A DNA stretch of 63,993 nucleotides, the filler included, from Piptocephalis cylindrospora (taxonomy: Eukaryota): NCBI GenBank assembly GCA_003614145.1. It is 4 parts of 4 records of this genome, joined end to end, with 100 filler letters (N's around TTAATTAATTAA, not from the genome) between each part and the next. Parts side by side here need not be neighbours in the genome. Positions count along the whole stretch, not along the records: positions 17,900 to 35,674 come from KZ987849.1; 3 more parts are not named here. One strand, written 5' to 3'. Positions 23,096 through 35,774 of the stretch are shown piece by piece; position 1 is the stretch's first letter; each line of letters opens with the position of its first letter. The position numbers and the translations under genes are program-made. Under the pieces are notes generated by a model. That model ran no database searches. It was not told the origin of the DNA and saw only the letters and a list, made by a program, of their open reading frames with translations.

Positions 23096-26000
23096 ATGAA
23101 AGGAATCGCAAGCAAGAGGAGCAAAAAGGCTGAAACTCTCCTGGAGGAGAACGAGGAGGGGATGGATGTGGATTTTGATACCACCCCACTTGAAGCTTTG
23201 GACTCCTTTGTGCCATTTACCGACAGTGAGGGCGAAGATGGGTATGAGGGATTGGAGGAAGAGGACGAGGACGAGGATGTCAGTAATGCTGTTCTTGGGC
23301 TCGACGGGTTTGGCGACCTATCCGCCAACAAGAATCAAAACGAGCAAGACTGGATGGATGAGAGCCGGGAGATGAGTAAGCAGATTCAGGCCAATAACCG
23401 GAAAAAGAAGAAATCTGGTGGATTTCAGTCTTTTGGTAGGTGACCTTATTTTTGGGCTTATGCACGGTCTCATAGGTAACTAACTTCATTTCGCCTTCCT
23501 CTTACCTCAGGATTGGATCATGCTATCTTGAATGCTATTTTAAAGAAAGGTTTTAAGGTACCCACGCCCATTCAGCGTAAATGTATTCCCCTGATCATGG
23601 AAGGGGTGGACGTAGTGGGGATGACACGGACGGGTTCGGGAAAAACAGCAGCCTTTGTTGTCCCTATGCTTCATAGGCTCAAGGCTCACTCTGCCAAAGT
23701 AGGAATATTGTGCTAAGCGTAATGGTGTTAGGAACATTGGATGATAAGACAGGTTTAGCTTTACTTACTGCCCCTCCCTCTTGGATTTAGGTGGGCGCCC
23801 GAGCCATCATCCTCTCTCCTGGGCGTGAGTTGGCTCTTCAGACGCTCAAGGTAGTCAAGGAATTGGGAAGGTTTACTGATCTTCGGTGCTGCTCCCTCGT
23901 GGGAGGAGACAGTCTGGATGACCAATTCCAGATGATTGCATCAAATCCTGATATCCTCATTGCGACCCCCGGACGTCTGCTACATCTGTTGGTGGAGATG
24001 GAGATGGAACTCAGTATGGTGGAGTACATTGTGTTTGATGAGGCTGATCGCCTCTTCGAGATGGGCTTTTCTCTCCAGCTGCATGAGATCCTCCACAAGC
24101 TTCCACCAAGCCGGCAAACGCTCCTATTTTCCGCCACTCTCCCCAAGCTCCTTGTGGACTTTGCTAAGGCTGGTTTACAGGATCCAACGCTCGTGCGTCT
24201 AGATGTGGATACCAAAATTAGCCAGGATCTGGAGATGGCCTTTTTCAACATCAAGCCCTCAGAGCGGGAAGGGGCCCTGCTCTATCTCTTGCAGGCGGTG
24301 ATCAAGGCGCCATTGCGGCCCTCGGCCTTCCGGGAGGATGCAGTGGAAAGGGTAGACTATTCGGCTCATCAGACAATCATCTTTGTGTCGACCAAGCATC
24401 ACGTTGAGTACATTACGCATCTCCTCAAGGCCTATGGATACGACGTATCGTACATCTACGGAGCTTTGGATATGGGGGCGCGTAAGCAGCAGATTGATGC
24501 GTTCCGTAATGCGCAAACGGGGATCTTGGTGGTGACGGATGTGGCAGCCCGTGGAATTGATATCCCCATCCTGGAGAATGTGATCAACTACGACTTTGTG
24601 GATACGAGCAAGGTCTTTGTGCATCGTGTGGGTCGAGCTGCCCGTGCGGGACGTCGAGGTTGGGCCTACTCGTTGGTCTCGAACGAGGAGCTGCCCTACT
24701 TAGTAGACCTCCAGCTCTTCCTCGATCGCCCTCTACGCCTTTCTCGTCTCTCGACCGACTCGGGCAAGGGATCCTCTCAGCCTGATTATACTCGCGAGTT
24801 GAGCCTCGGAACCCTTCCCCGGCAGCTGATGGAATTGGAGGTGGAGTGGGTTCAAGGGAAGCTGCAAGAAAATGTGGATATTACGGCGCTACGTCAAGTT
24901 TCAGTGAATGGAATGAAGCTGTACCGGAAGACCAAGCCATCAGCCGCACCCGAGAGCTACACTCGATCCAAGGAACTGATTGACGACCCGGTCTTTGGTG
25001 GAGTACATCCGCTATTGCGACCACTGATGTCGGAGGAGCCCCAGGAGGCAGTGAATCTTCTGGCGTCTATTTCCAACTTCCGACCCTCCGAGACAATCTT
25101 TGAAATCGGGAACCGGAGCTCTACTCGGGCCAAGAGCGTGGCATCGCAGGTGATGAAGCAGCGCAGGGCGACAACAGGCAAGGTGATTGAGGCGACGAAG
25201 CGCAAGAGAGAACTGAAGGAAAAGGAGGTTGGAAGAGGGACAGAGATGGACTTGAATCGATTTGGCAGTGAGGATGAGGCCGATGAGGACGATCTTAAGG
25301 TAAGGAGGGAGAGATAGGGGAGGAGGAAGAGTATGTTGGGCTGATCCTGATTCTCTCCTTCAATGGTATTATGGGATTCTTCTAGTCGGTGTTCAAGACC
25401 CCCAAGCTTTCGGCGGGGGAAAGTGCCAAGAAAGATATGAGGACCAGTAAACGGGACGAGCAGTTTTACATGTCGCACTTTCAAAAGGATGCCAACACTG
25501 AAAAGGGTTACTCAATGGATCGTGGAGGAGGTATGGGCGGGAGCAAAAATGGGGGATCCTTTGTAGAGCAGGCGGCCGCGGCCACACTTGACCTGACTGG
25601 AGATGACAAGGATACGTTGAGGCAGACGCAGAATAAGTTGCGGTGGGATGCAAAGAAGAAGAAGTTTATCCGGGGTACCGGGATTGGGGCGGACAACAAG
25701 AAGCTGATCAAGACGGAGAGCGGAGCCAAGATTTCTGCCTCCTTCAAGAGTGGCAGGTAAGTTGGAGGAATGGGAAAGGCCAGAAAATGCCTTGAAAGCT
25801 CACATATCCTCCACACACACTAGATTCAATGACTGGAAGAATAAGACCAAGGTGCAGCTGCCCCGTGTGGGTGAGCAGGAACTTCCGTCCAGCCGGATGA
25901 TGGGGATTAACCGACGATTCAAGCACAACAAGGTAACCGAAGCTAAGGCCTTGGATCCCATGGCGGTGAATTACGAGCGTAAGGCGCGGCATGCCAAGAT

Positions 26001-26262
26001 GAGGGAGGGACAAGAGGGGCCGGGTGGTGGAAGGGATGATGGCAGGGATGGTGGACGAGGAGGTCGTGGCGGACGAGGAGGAAGCAGAGGAATGAGCAGG
26101 GGGGCAGGCAGAGGGGCAGGAAGGGGAGGAGGCGGTAGGGTACAGAGTGAGCTCAAGAACAGTTCTCAGATCCGAAAGGATCGGGAAGCCAAGCAGAAAC
26201 GGGTGGCCAAGACGGGTCGACATGGTCGGGGTGGAGGAAAGAAGCGGGGAGGCCGTCGTTGA
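23096..26262 (+). CDS. DBP10: DEAD-box RNA helicase Dbp10 (DDX54), 5 exons
   Basis: [13 protein letters not shown] motif [31 protein letters not shown]-terminal DBP10CT motif [22 protein letters not shown] and RGG tail. Confidence 0.95.
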
Positions 26263-26415
26263 TCATCGTGGCGCTGGTGCTTTTAGAAAAGTGAGAGTTT
26301 TTGCTTGAGAGAGGCACAAAACGTGAGATACAAGGATGAATAAATGAACTAGGGATTTATTTACGGCGTGATTGGAATGAATGAGGGAATCTCAGGATTG
26401 GTGGGTGTGAAAGGC

Positions 26416-26939
26416 CTAGCCTATGCATCGGAGGTCAGGCCATCTTTGCAAGAATCCTTCTTTCGTTGAGGGGATAGAACTAGGCATGGAAGGGGGAAAG
26501 GGATATTGAGTACCACGGCCTAAGAGATATCTGCTCCCACGGCCCGGGGAGATACCTTTGACAGTAGCAGCGATACCAAAGCATAGGATGCCTGCGCCAG
26601 CCAGGCAGGAGCCGACACCGAGAAGAAGGATGGCAAGGCGGGTTTGCGGATGAAGCTGGGCTCGGGCGATGACCTGATGGCCCAGTCCACGAAGACTAGA
26701 GCCAACGCGTTCCGACAGGGCATGAGCAATACGAATGGAGGATTGGGTACCTCGAAGATGAAAGGCATCCCCGTACGAGGTAATATCTAGGTCTACCAAG
26801 GACATGTCTGTTGAGGAATGTGGGTCTGTATGATGGGTAGAGGGGAAGGAAAATGGTATTAAGGGCAGAGTTAGCAATGTGATTCATCCGTTTTACCCTC
26901 CTCTGACTTGACACGTCCCGGCTTGTCCCGACCCTGCAT
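26416..26939 (-). CDS. small hypothetical membrane protein (2 exons)
   Basis: ATG 26939 (MQGRDKPGRVKSEE). Intron ~26896-26826 with gtaaaa donor, gctaac branch and atacag acceptor joins in frame. One hydrophobic segment LAILLLGVGSCLAGAGILCFGIAATV. Confidence 0.55.
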
Positions 26940-27278
26940 GCTAACAATTATCCCTTATGGAGTTTTTTTTATCCTTAAGAGATAACCTTGGTCTCGAACA
27001 TACATTCATCTATGATGTGCTATAGATATATCTCCCTTATTTTTCATCATCACTATATTATGGTCATACTCCCACGATACTGGGTCCGGGAAAGATCCAA
27101 GCGATATGAATGGCCAGTACCCCACCATTCTAATTTGAAAAGAAAGTGAGCGCTCCCGCCAAATAAAGCAATATGGGGTATGGTAGGCGTGAGCTATTAC
27201 GCCCCCCGAGAGAAGGCCAAATGCAATAAATTGACGTTGTAAGAGGGAAAGAAAGTTCTTTAATTACTCGGATATCTC

Positions 27279-28747
<1,469 letters not shown>

Positions 28748-29225
28748 GGTGCTTTGGAGGGGAAATAATCCAAGGATGGAGGGGAGAGGAGCAAGAAGAA
28801 AGGACACGGGCATTGACTAGCCATGACGCCTTTGAGGTTGAGGTGTGTGTATACTTGTGTGGAGTGACTAGCTTGATTTGGCAAAGGCGGAGGTGGAGAC
28901 TCAGCAATATCTTTCTGGATTTTCTATGGAAATCAAAGTTAGCTTCGCAATGAAACGTATTTGATAATACTGTTGGATAAATCAAAGTACCATAAACTTT
29001 TTAGCTTATGAGTAGATTTACGTCTATTCAGTAGGGCCAAATGAGTGCCCAGCAGGAATACAAGTAATAATACGAAAAGACGAGGAAAGAAAAATATGTA
29101 TTGGTGTGAGAGATGTCGGGGCATAAAGGGGTCTAGCGTTTACATTCGATCACGAGCAAGGAGCCACTCTTAGGGCAGAGGGCGAGTGGGGGCGACCTCA
29201 TCATCCCATGTACTGCAAGTTCGCA

Positions 29226-31616
29226 TCAGGACTTCCGTGACAAGGCCTTCTTGACAGCTTGGGGGGAAAGATCCTCACTGAAAATCTTCACAGGCTCGCA
29301 TTTATGGGCCTCAAGCAGGGACATTTTAAGGGCTACGGCGTGTTCAGCAAAGGTCTTGGCATGGTTTTTTTCGATACTCTCTTCTTCAGGGGCACTAGCC
29401 CACTCAAGGGCACGACGAAGCGTCTCATTAGCCCTTTCCTTGCAAGGCTCTCTCATATTCACTTTCCTACTGTTTTCAGCCAAGTGACTCTTTTCCCGCT
29501 GAGAAAGATAAGTCAAACGCTCCTTTTCCTGCGGGGTGAGGTTAATCAAAGGGCCTTCTTTCAACTTGGTGACCTTGGCCAAATAATTATTTTTCTCGTT
29601 GATGCGGTGAACCAATGCTTCTTTTTTCTCGCGGATGCGACGAGCCAAGTTTTCCTTTTTCTTCAAGAAAAGATTAATGGGATACTTTGCCTGGAGGGAG
29701 AGGCTAGCCAATTCTTTCTTATACTCTGAGACTTTCTCTTCCTGCTCGGAGAGGCTACGTGTCAAGTTTGCCTCTTGCTGCTGAGAAAGGGAAGCAAACT
29801 TGCGCCTTTCATAATGGGCGAGGTCACCGAAATCTTCCGCTTCCTCCGTAGTGAGGTGATTGTCGCGCCCGCTTCTCCTTCCAACAAGGCGAGTCAAGTA
29901 AGTCTCTTTTCGCTGAGAGAGGTCACGCAGCTCTGTCTTTTCCTTCCAGGATAAACTACTCGAATCACCCTTTTCCTGAGGAGAGAGACTATTCCAGAAC
30001 ACGTCTGCCTTTACTTGATAAGAATGGATCTCCTCTTCCATCTGGTCAATCCTGGGAACAGAGGTCTGGAGGTATGCTAAGGCCTTCTTCTCAGTTTCTT
30101 TACTTTTGGTAACAAAAGAAGCGTCAGAGATACTATTCAGCATATCCTGGTACATCTCTAAAGTAATGGGGCCTTTGGGTAGCCTGAGGTTCAAGAACAC
30201 AGAGTGGATATAAGTAGAAATGGTCAGCGTGCGAATCTGTTTGGAGGCATGAGGAATGACCGTGTCCCAATCTCCAATATAGCCTAGGAGCTGGACCAGA
30301 TGGGGCCGGAGAAACTGAATAAGCTGGATGAGCCTGACCTTGTAGATACATCTCTCTAAGTTACCACCTATCAACTTAGCCTCCGATGCGTAGATCTGTT
30401 CCTCCGAGTCGTGGTCTTTCAGCTCATCCGCCGACATTGCATACCTTTTGCTGAACTCCCAGTTAAACCCATTTACACTAGTCCATGCCCCTTTTAAGGA
30501 CATATTGCTGCAGAAGCGTCTATAAAAGGGCGTCTTTAGCTCATGACCCACAGTATGTACGTTGTGGGCCCCAAATCCTTCCCGAAGGAACTGGGTCATC
30601 CTCGAAGAGAATGATTCAGTTTGATCACACATTTTCTTTACGAATCCAACGATATCCTCATAGGATCTGGGGGGAATGTGGTTTTTAGGGGAGAAAAGAT
30701 CTCCAAAATTCTTCACAAGCGGCGCCCGGAATTCAGAGTGAGAAGGAAAGTGAGCAGAATAGGCAGCATCCTGGATTGCCAGGCCGCTAGCTCTGTCCTT
30801 GGCCTTGGCCAACTTCCAGAGCATGAGCCTTTCTGCCTCCTCAAGCTTCTTATCCTGTCTACCACGACTCTTGTCCTGCCTATCAAGGGAAGGTCTGGAA
30901 TTGTTGAAAAAGGTGCGCATAATGGTATAAAGGGAGGAGAGCATGTTATTCAAAGAGCCGAAAGTGGTATGATAATCCAGGTAAAACCTATCCATGATCA
31001 GATAATAAATGGCGCCTTGTAGGGACTCGCGAATATGATATAGGAAAACTTTCGACCGCTCGCCTTTTCTGATCGACTCTGAAACATGCTTCATCAGAAA
31101 CAATTTGGTCTTGTAGGAACGACTCCTTTCATCGCGTTTCTTTTGCCCATGGATGAAATCGGAATAGCCGATTTTTTCATGAAAGGCCTTGACAAGGCTG
31201 GTGAAACTATAGGAGTAGGGATGCGATTTTATGATATTGCAGTAGATGTCGATGAGAGAACCGGGTGTGCGGGGTAGAAGACGATCCTTTGCGTAGGTTT
31301 CCTCAACCCCCTCTATTTCCCTGCAGGCATCTATGGCAGAGTTGCGGTATGTAAGGGCTGCATTATCAAGCCGGCATCGTTCGTTGGGGGTATTTGAGTT
31401 ATCATTTACCTCGAGACCAACCATGAAAAAAAGAGCTTTGTAGATCAGATACTCAGGGCGGTATTTTTCTTGTTGCTCGGCGGAAGTTAGGACGGCATAA
31501 TCATTTTCTTTCATATAGGACTCGACGAAAATAAGCTGACTACTAGGAGGCTTTGGGACAAAGCCTGAGATGAGCTGAGGAGGTTCTCTGGAAGAGTGGT
31601 GATGGCCAAGGGACAT
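29226..31616 (-). CDS. intronless orphan 796-aa protein with C-terminal 11-residue repeats; upstream signal peptide appears disrupted
   Basis: Long uninterrupted ORF with no recognisable domain; in-frame upstream codons read K-T-L-L-L-*-L-T-L-L-V-I-M. Confidence 0.7.
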   Translation of the reverse strand: MSLGHHHSSREPPQLISGFVPKPPSSQLIFVESYMKENDYAVLTSAEQQEKYRPEYLIYKALFFMVGLEVNDNSNTPNERCRLDNAALTYRNSAIDACREIEGVEETYAKDRLLPRTPGSLIDIYCNIIKSHPYSYSFTSLVKAFHEKIGYSDFIHGQKKRDERSRSYKTKLFLMKHVSESIRKGERSKVFLYHIRESLQGAIYYLIMDRFYLDYHTTFGSLNNMLSSLYTIMRTFFNNSRPSLDRQDKSRGRQDKKLEEAERLMLWKLAKAKDRASGLAIQDAAYSAHFPSHSEFRAPLVKNFGDLFSPKNHIPPRSYEDIVGFVKKMCDQTESFSSRMTQFLREGFGAHNVHTVGHELKTPFYRRFCSNMSLKGAWTSVNGFNWEFSKRYAMSADELKDHDSEEQIYASEAKLIGGNLERCIYKVRLIQLIQFLRPHLVQLLGYIGDWDTVIPHASKQIRTLTISTYIHSVFLNLRLPKGPITLEMYQDMLNSISDASFVTKSKETEKKALAYLQTSVPRIDQMEEEIHSYQVKADVFWNSLSPQEKGDSSSLSWKEKTELRDLSQRKETYLTRLVGRRSGRDNHLTTEEAEDFGDLAHYERRKFASLSQQQEANLTRSLSEQEEKVSEYKKELASLSLQAKYPINLFLKKKENLARRIREKKEALVHRINEKNNYLAKVTKLKEGPLINLTPQEKERLTYLSQREKSHLAENSRKVNMREPCKERANETLRRALEWASAPEEESIEKNHAKTFAEHAVALKMSLLEAHKCEPVKIFSEDLSPQAVKKALSRKS

Positions 31617-32201
31617 GATGACGAGGAGAGTAAGTCAAAGTAAAAGAGTCTTGTTGCTGCTGCAGAAGGGAGAGAGAGTAGGAGAAAGCGTTAACCTGAA
31701 AATACCAGGGTCAAGAACTGAGGAGAAGGGGAAGAGAGGGAAACGAAAGGTAGACAGAGAACTATGGCTGTCAGTGTAGTAGGGTTTAGGATAAGCTAAA
31801 CATAAGCGTTTTTCATTTATCTATTATATGGCAATTGAATAGCGCGTTAGTAAAGCCTTTGGCTTCACGCTCCAACAACCCATCCTCTCCAGTGCCTGTT
31901 TCAGAGGCCAAATCTTTTACTTAACTCTGATTATCTGCCTCCTCCAGCCCTTGTGTATTGGGCTGTATCGTGGGATGTACGTCTGTTTCACTATAGACAA
32001 GTGGATGTGGTGCTCTACTAAAAATTCACAACTTGCGTATGTTTTGGTCGGAGTTCCATTCATCCAAAGTTTGCCGTATCACGAAACTGGCCTGTCGCCG
32101 ATAGATCAATCCTCATCCTTATAAGGTGGTGTCATCACCGCTACGGCTTTCATTGAATACTGACATAACATTCCTCTCCTTCACTCACAGCACTCGCCAG
32201 C

Positions 32202-33077
32202 ATGTCCTCTCATACCCTCCAAGGCCAACTATTTATCTACTATCCTGAGAGAAAGTTATGCGCCTTTGAATCCTTTGGGAAGGAAAAGGGCAGTCCAAAG
32301 ACCACGGTGGTGCTGGTGCCAGGCCTTGGAGATGGACCCATGTCCCTACCGTATGCCTCTGGACTGGCGGAGGTAGCCAAGAACAAGGGGCACACGTTCG
32401 TCCAGGTGCACCTTAGCTCCACCTACACTGGGTATGGCACGTCGTCGATCAGTCAGGATGTGGAGGAGTTGGATCGGCTGTTGGGGTATCTGGTGGAGCA
32501 ACACGGACGTGAGAGATTCTTCCTTGTGGGCCACTCGACTGGATGCCAGGATGCCCTAACATACGCCCGGCGCGGAAGATACAGAGAGAGGGTGGTTGGA
32601 TATGTCTTGCAATCCGCCGTATCAGATCGAGAATTCATGGAGTCGAGCATGGACGCGGAGAAAAGGACTCATCTGCTCCAGCATGCCCAGGCCCTGGTGG
32701 ATCAAGGCAAGGGGGAGGAGATGATGCCAAGAGAATCGGACCCCATGGCGGCCATCACGGCAAATCGATTCCTTTCTTTTGGCCGTGCTCGTGGGGAAGA
32801 TGATATCTTCTCTGGGGACCTGCCGGATGCCTATGTCCAGTCCTTGTATGATGGGGTCAAGGCCCCCATGCTGATGGTGCATAGTGGGGCAGATGAGTTT
32901 GTGCCCTCTCAGGAGCTCATGATCCGAATGCAAGCCCAGCATATCCGTTTGTACCCTGGATACCTTCCACCTGTAACCCTTCCCGAGGCGGATCATGCTC
33001 TAGGTTCCCCCGAGATCCAAAATGTCTTTCTTGGACATGTATCCTCAATGATGGATGACGTGATGAGGCGAGGATAG
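32202..33077 (+). CDS. alpha/beta hydrolase, DUF1749/UPF0613 family
   Basis: VLVPGLGDG, LSSTYTGYGTSSISQDVEEL, nucleophile elbow GHSTGCQD, SDRE, DDIFS, SGADEFVP and a catalytic His in ADHAL; intronless. Confidence 0.85.
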   Translation: MSSHTLQGQLFIYYPERKLCAFESFGKEKGSPKTTVVLVPGLGDGPMSLPYASGLAEVAKNKGHTFVQVHLSSTYTGYGTSSISQDVEELDRLLGYLVEQHGRERFFLVGHSTGCQDALTYARRGRYRERVVGYVLQSAVSDREFMESSMDAEKRTHLLQHAQALVDQGKGEEMMPRESDPMAAITANRFLSFGRARGEDDIFSGDLPDAYVQSLYDGVKAPMLMVHSGADEFVPSQELMIRMQAQHIRLYPGYLPPVTLPEADHALGSPEIQNVFLGHVSSMMDDVMRRG

Positions 33078-33657
33078 AGGGTCTACGTTGAATGTCTGTG
33101 CAATTGAGGTGGCTATCGGCATGTCAGATCTATTCCATCATGCTTATCTAGAGTGGGAGGTGATAATCAAGACCGATGTTTTTAAAGCGACGTTCTGGAG
33201 AGGCGTGAGCTGTCCTCCAGACCCTCCCCTTTTATACCGTGCGACTGAACAGGCCAATGTACGCGTAAGTGCAGACAACATACTCAGACACACATATTCA
33301 AAGAACGTCAGCCTCGCGACGCGTTCCTCACACTATATAACAGCAGCAACATCCCCATGCCTCAGACTGTGAGGGCGTGGTGTGTGTCTTGTCCCTCTAC
33401 CTATTCCCACTCCGCTAGTGTGCTGCTGTTGGAAGCGCCATCCTCACATTATGAGGGGACACGCCTTGTCATCCTCATCCTCTCCTCCATTGACGTCTCC
33501 CCACCCTTACCCCTTACTGTGTCTCCTCTTCTCTTCTTCCCTCCCTCCCTCCCCTTTCCATCTTCCCTTCTCCCTCCTCTCCTCTCCTCTCCTCTCTCCT
33601 CTCGTCCAACCACTTTACCTTTCAGGTTTTATCCAGACTTGTTCATCACCCATCACA

Positions 33658-34780
33658 ATGGTAAGGATCACCCAGATGGAGGGTCATGTCGGGATTGTCA
33701 GGATCCTACTGATCTATCTATCTCATCCCTGGGTAGTTCCGAAACATGTATGACGGGGACTCTTCTACTTGGTCCCCCCAAGGCCGTCTCCACCAGGTGG
33801 AGTATGCCCTGGAGGCGGTGAAGCAAGGATCAGCTTCGGTTGGACTTCGGTCCAATAACTATGCCGTTCTTGTGGCTATCAAGGTAATGAGCTGGATAGG
33901 AGGGGTTCGCGATCGGATGACGTCTCACCTCAATCCAACTTCCCTAGAGATCGGCTGGTGAACTGGCCTCGTACCAAAAGAAGCTCATCCGTGTGGACGA
34001 GCATATGGGGATAGCCATTGCTGGTCTGACCTCGGATGCCCGTGTCCTCTCCAATTACATGAGGTCCGAGGCCATGAAGTCCCGTCTCCTGTACAATCGT
34101 CCACTTCCCACCTCCAGGATCGTTGCTACTCTTGGTGATAGTACGTCGAAGTGTGGGAGGGATATATACCCTGCCATGAGCAGGAACAGCCGCCACAAAT
34201 CACCTCACTCACACATACACATTCATAGAGGCTCAGATTAACACGCAGCAGTACGGCCGTCGTCCTTACGGTGTGGGTCTCCTTGTCATTGGGTATGATC
34301 AGACTGGTCCCCATCTCTTTGAGTGCACCCCTACGGGCAACAACTTTGAGTACTATGCCCAAGGCATTGGATCCCGGTCCCAAAGTGCTCGTACTTACCT
34401 TGAAAGGCATTTCGAGGAGTTTTCCGATGGTAGGCCGTCTGTATTATTGATCTATTGTGCATTCACCCCTCTATACCCACTCATTCTATCTCATCCATAT
34501 CCCCCTAGCCTCCCTCCAACACCTTATCCTTCACGGCCTTCGTGCACTTCGGGATACGCTTCAGCAGGATAAAAAGCTAACCAAGGACAACTTGTCCATC
34601 GCCTTTGTCGGAAAGGATGAGGAGTTTACGGTGAAGGATGGAGAAGATGTGGTCGAGTGGCTTACCTACCTTGAGCAGGAGGGTGGGGGGGGGGGACGGC
34701 CCGATGATGCTGCTTCTGCTACTGGCGCTCAGGCCACGGAGGGAGGAGAGGGGGAGGATGCCATGGAGACAGATGAGTAG
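33658..34780 (+). CDS. PRE5: 20S proteasome subunit alpha-6 (PSMA1/Pre5), 5 exons
   Basis: ATG|intron|[62 protein letters not shown], acidic tail ending AMETDE*. Confidence 0.95.
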
Positions 34781-35032
34781 TGGGAAAAGGGAGGGTATGT
34801 GACATGGGGGATGTGAGAGGAGACTTGAGGAAGGAGGGGAAGAGAGCAGGAATGAAATGGAAAACACATTTTACGTTCATTTCTCACCCATCCTCTCCCC
34901 TTCTCTGGGAATACACACACATTAGCAGGATATATCCAATGTGTGTGGATGGATAAGCAGGCGGGCGGCACTGTGAAGGAGAGCGATGTACATACCCTCA
35001 CCATCACACACAATGACCTGTGAGGAGGAGGA

Positions 35033-35467
35033 TCACTCTTTGCCGGAAACAATCTTCATGGGATGATCCTCCTCGACCTCTTCGATTTCATCATGATTTT
35101 CGGAAAGTCCCTTGGCCATGGTGGGATCGAGTAGGGCGCTGAATCCACGGAAGGTGCTGTAGTCGTATCGATGGGTAATGGACAGAGTGGTGGAGGAGGG
35201 GACAGTGGATTGGCGAAGGACATTCGCCTGGGAGATCTGATCCTCTAATCGAGTGTAAAAGGAGCTCATGCTAGCGTCATCCAGGCCCTTCTTGAAGACG
35301 ATGATGTAGTGCTTGGCCTGAGGATCCCCTTCAGATATGGTCTCCCTTGGGGTTTGAACATCTGGGCTGGCCATACCGCCTGGGAGGCAGGGGAGGAGAA
35401 GGGCGGTGGTAAGGAGGAGTAGAAGGCCTAGGAAGGACCAAGTGGATTGGAGGATGAAGGAACGCAT
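35033..35467 (-). CDS. secreted stand-alone peptidase inhibitor I9 (subtilisin-propeptide-like) protein
   Basis: Signal peptide, then YIIVFKKG..ITHRYDYSTFRGFSALL..IEEVEED I9 signature; stop follows immediately, with no S8 catalytic domain. Confidence 0.8.
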   Translation of the reverse strand: MRSFILQSTWSFLGLLLLLTTALLLPCLPGGMASPDVQTPRETISEGDPQAKHYIIVFKKGLDDASMSSFYTRLEDQISQANVLRQSTVPSSTTLSITHRYDYSTFRGFSALLDPTMAKGLSENHDEIEEVEEDHPMKIVSGKE

Positions 35468-35674
35468 GGTGAATAAGAGAAGAGAGAGGAGGAGGAAGAT
35501 TCAGTGGATCATGACCATTTTGACTTGTGCATCCAAGCTATTTGTAGCTCTATCCTTTTTGTGTGGTGGTGTCATCATGAGATAGGTGTGGAGGTGGAGG
35601 GGCAATGTCATTTGCCTTTCCCCCCCCCCCCCCCCCTCATCCAAAGGGCAATGGGCGGATGATCAATGTTTCTG

Positions 35675-35774
35675 NNNNNNNNNNNNNNNNNNNNNNNNNN
35701 NNNNNNNNNNNNNNNNNNTTAATTAATTAANNNNNNNNNNNNNNNNNNNNNNNNNNNNNNNNNNNNNNNNNNNN
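35675..35774. other. artificial contig-joining spacer
   Basis: N44-TTAATTAATTAA-N44. Confidence 0.97.

Noticed and set aside
32202..33077. Intronless DUF1749 hydrolase as a horizontally acquired or siderophore-degrading (SidJ-like) gene
   Set aside because: The family is widespread in fungi, composition matches the neighbouring genes, and no siderophore genes are nearby; substrate cannot be inferred from sequence.
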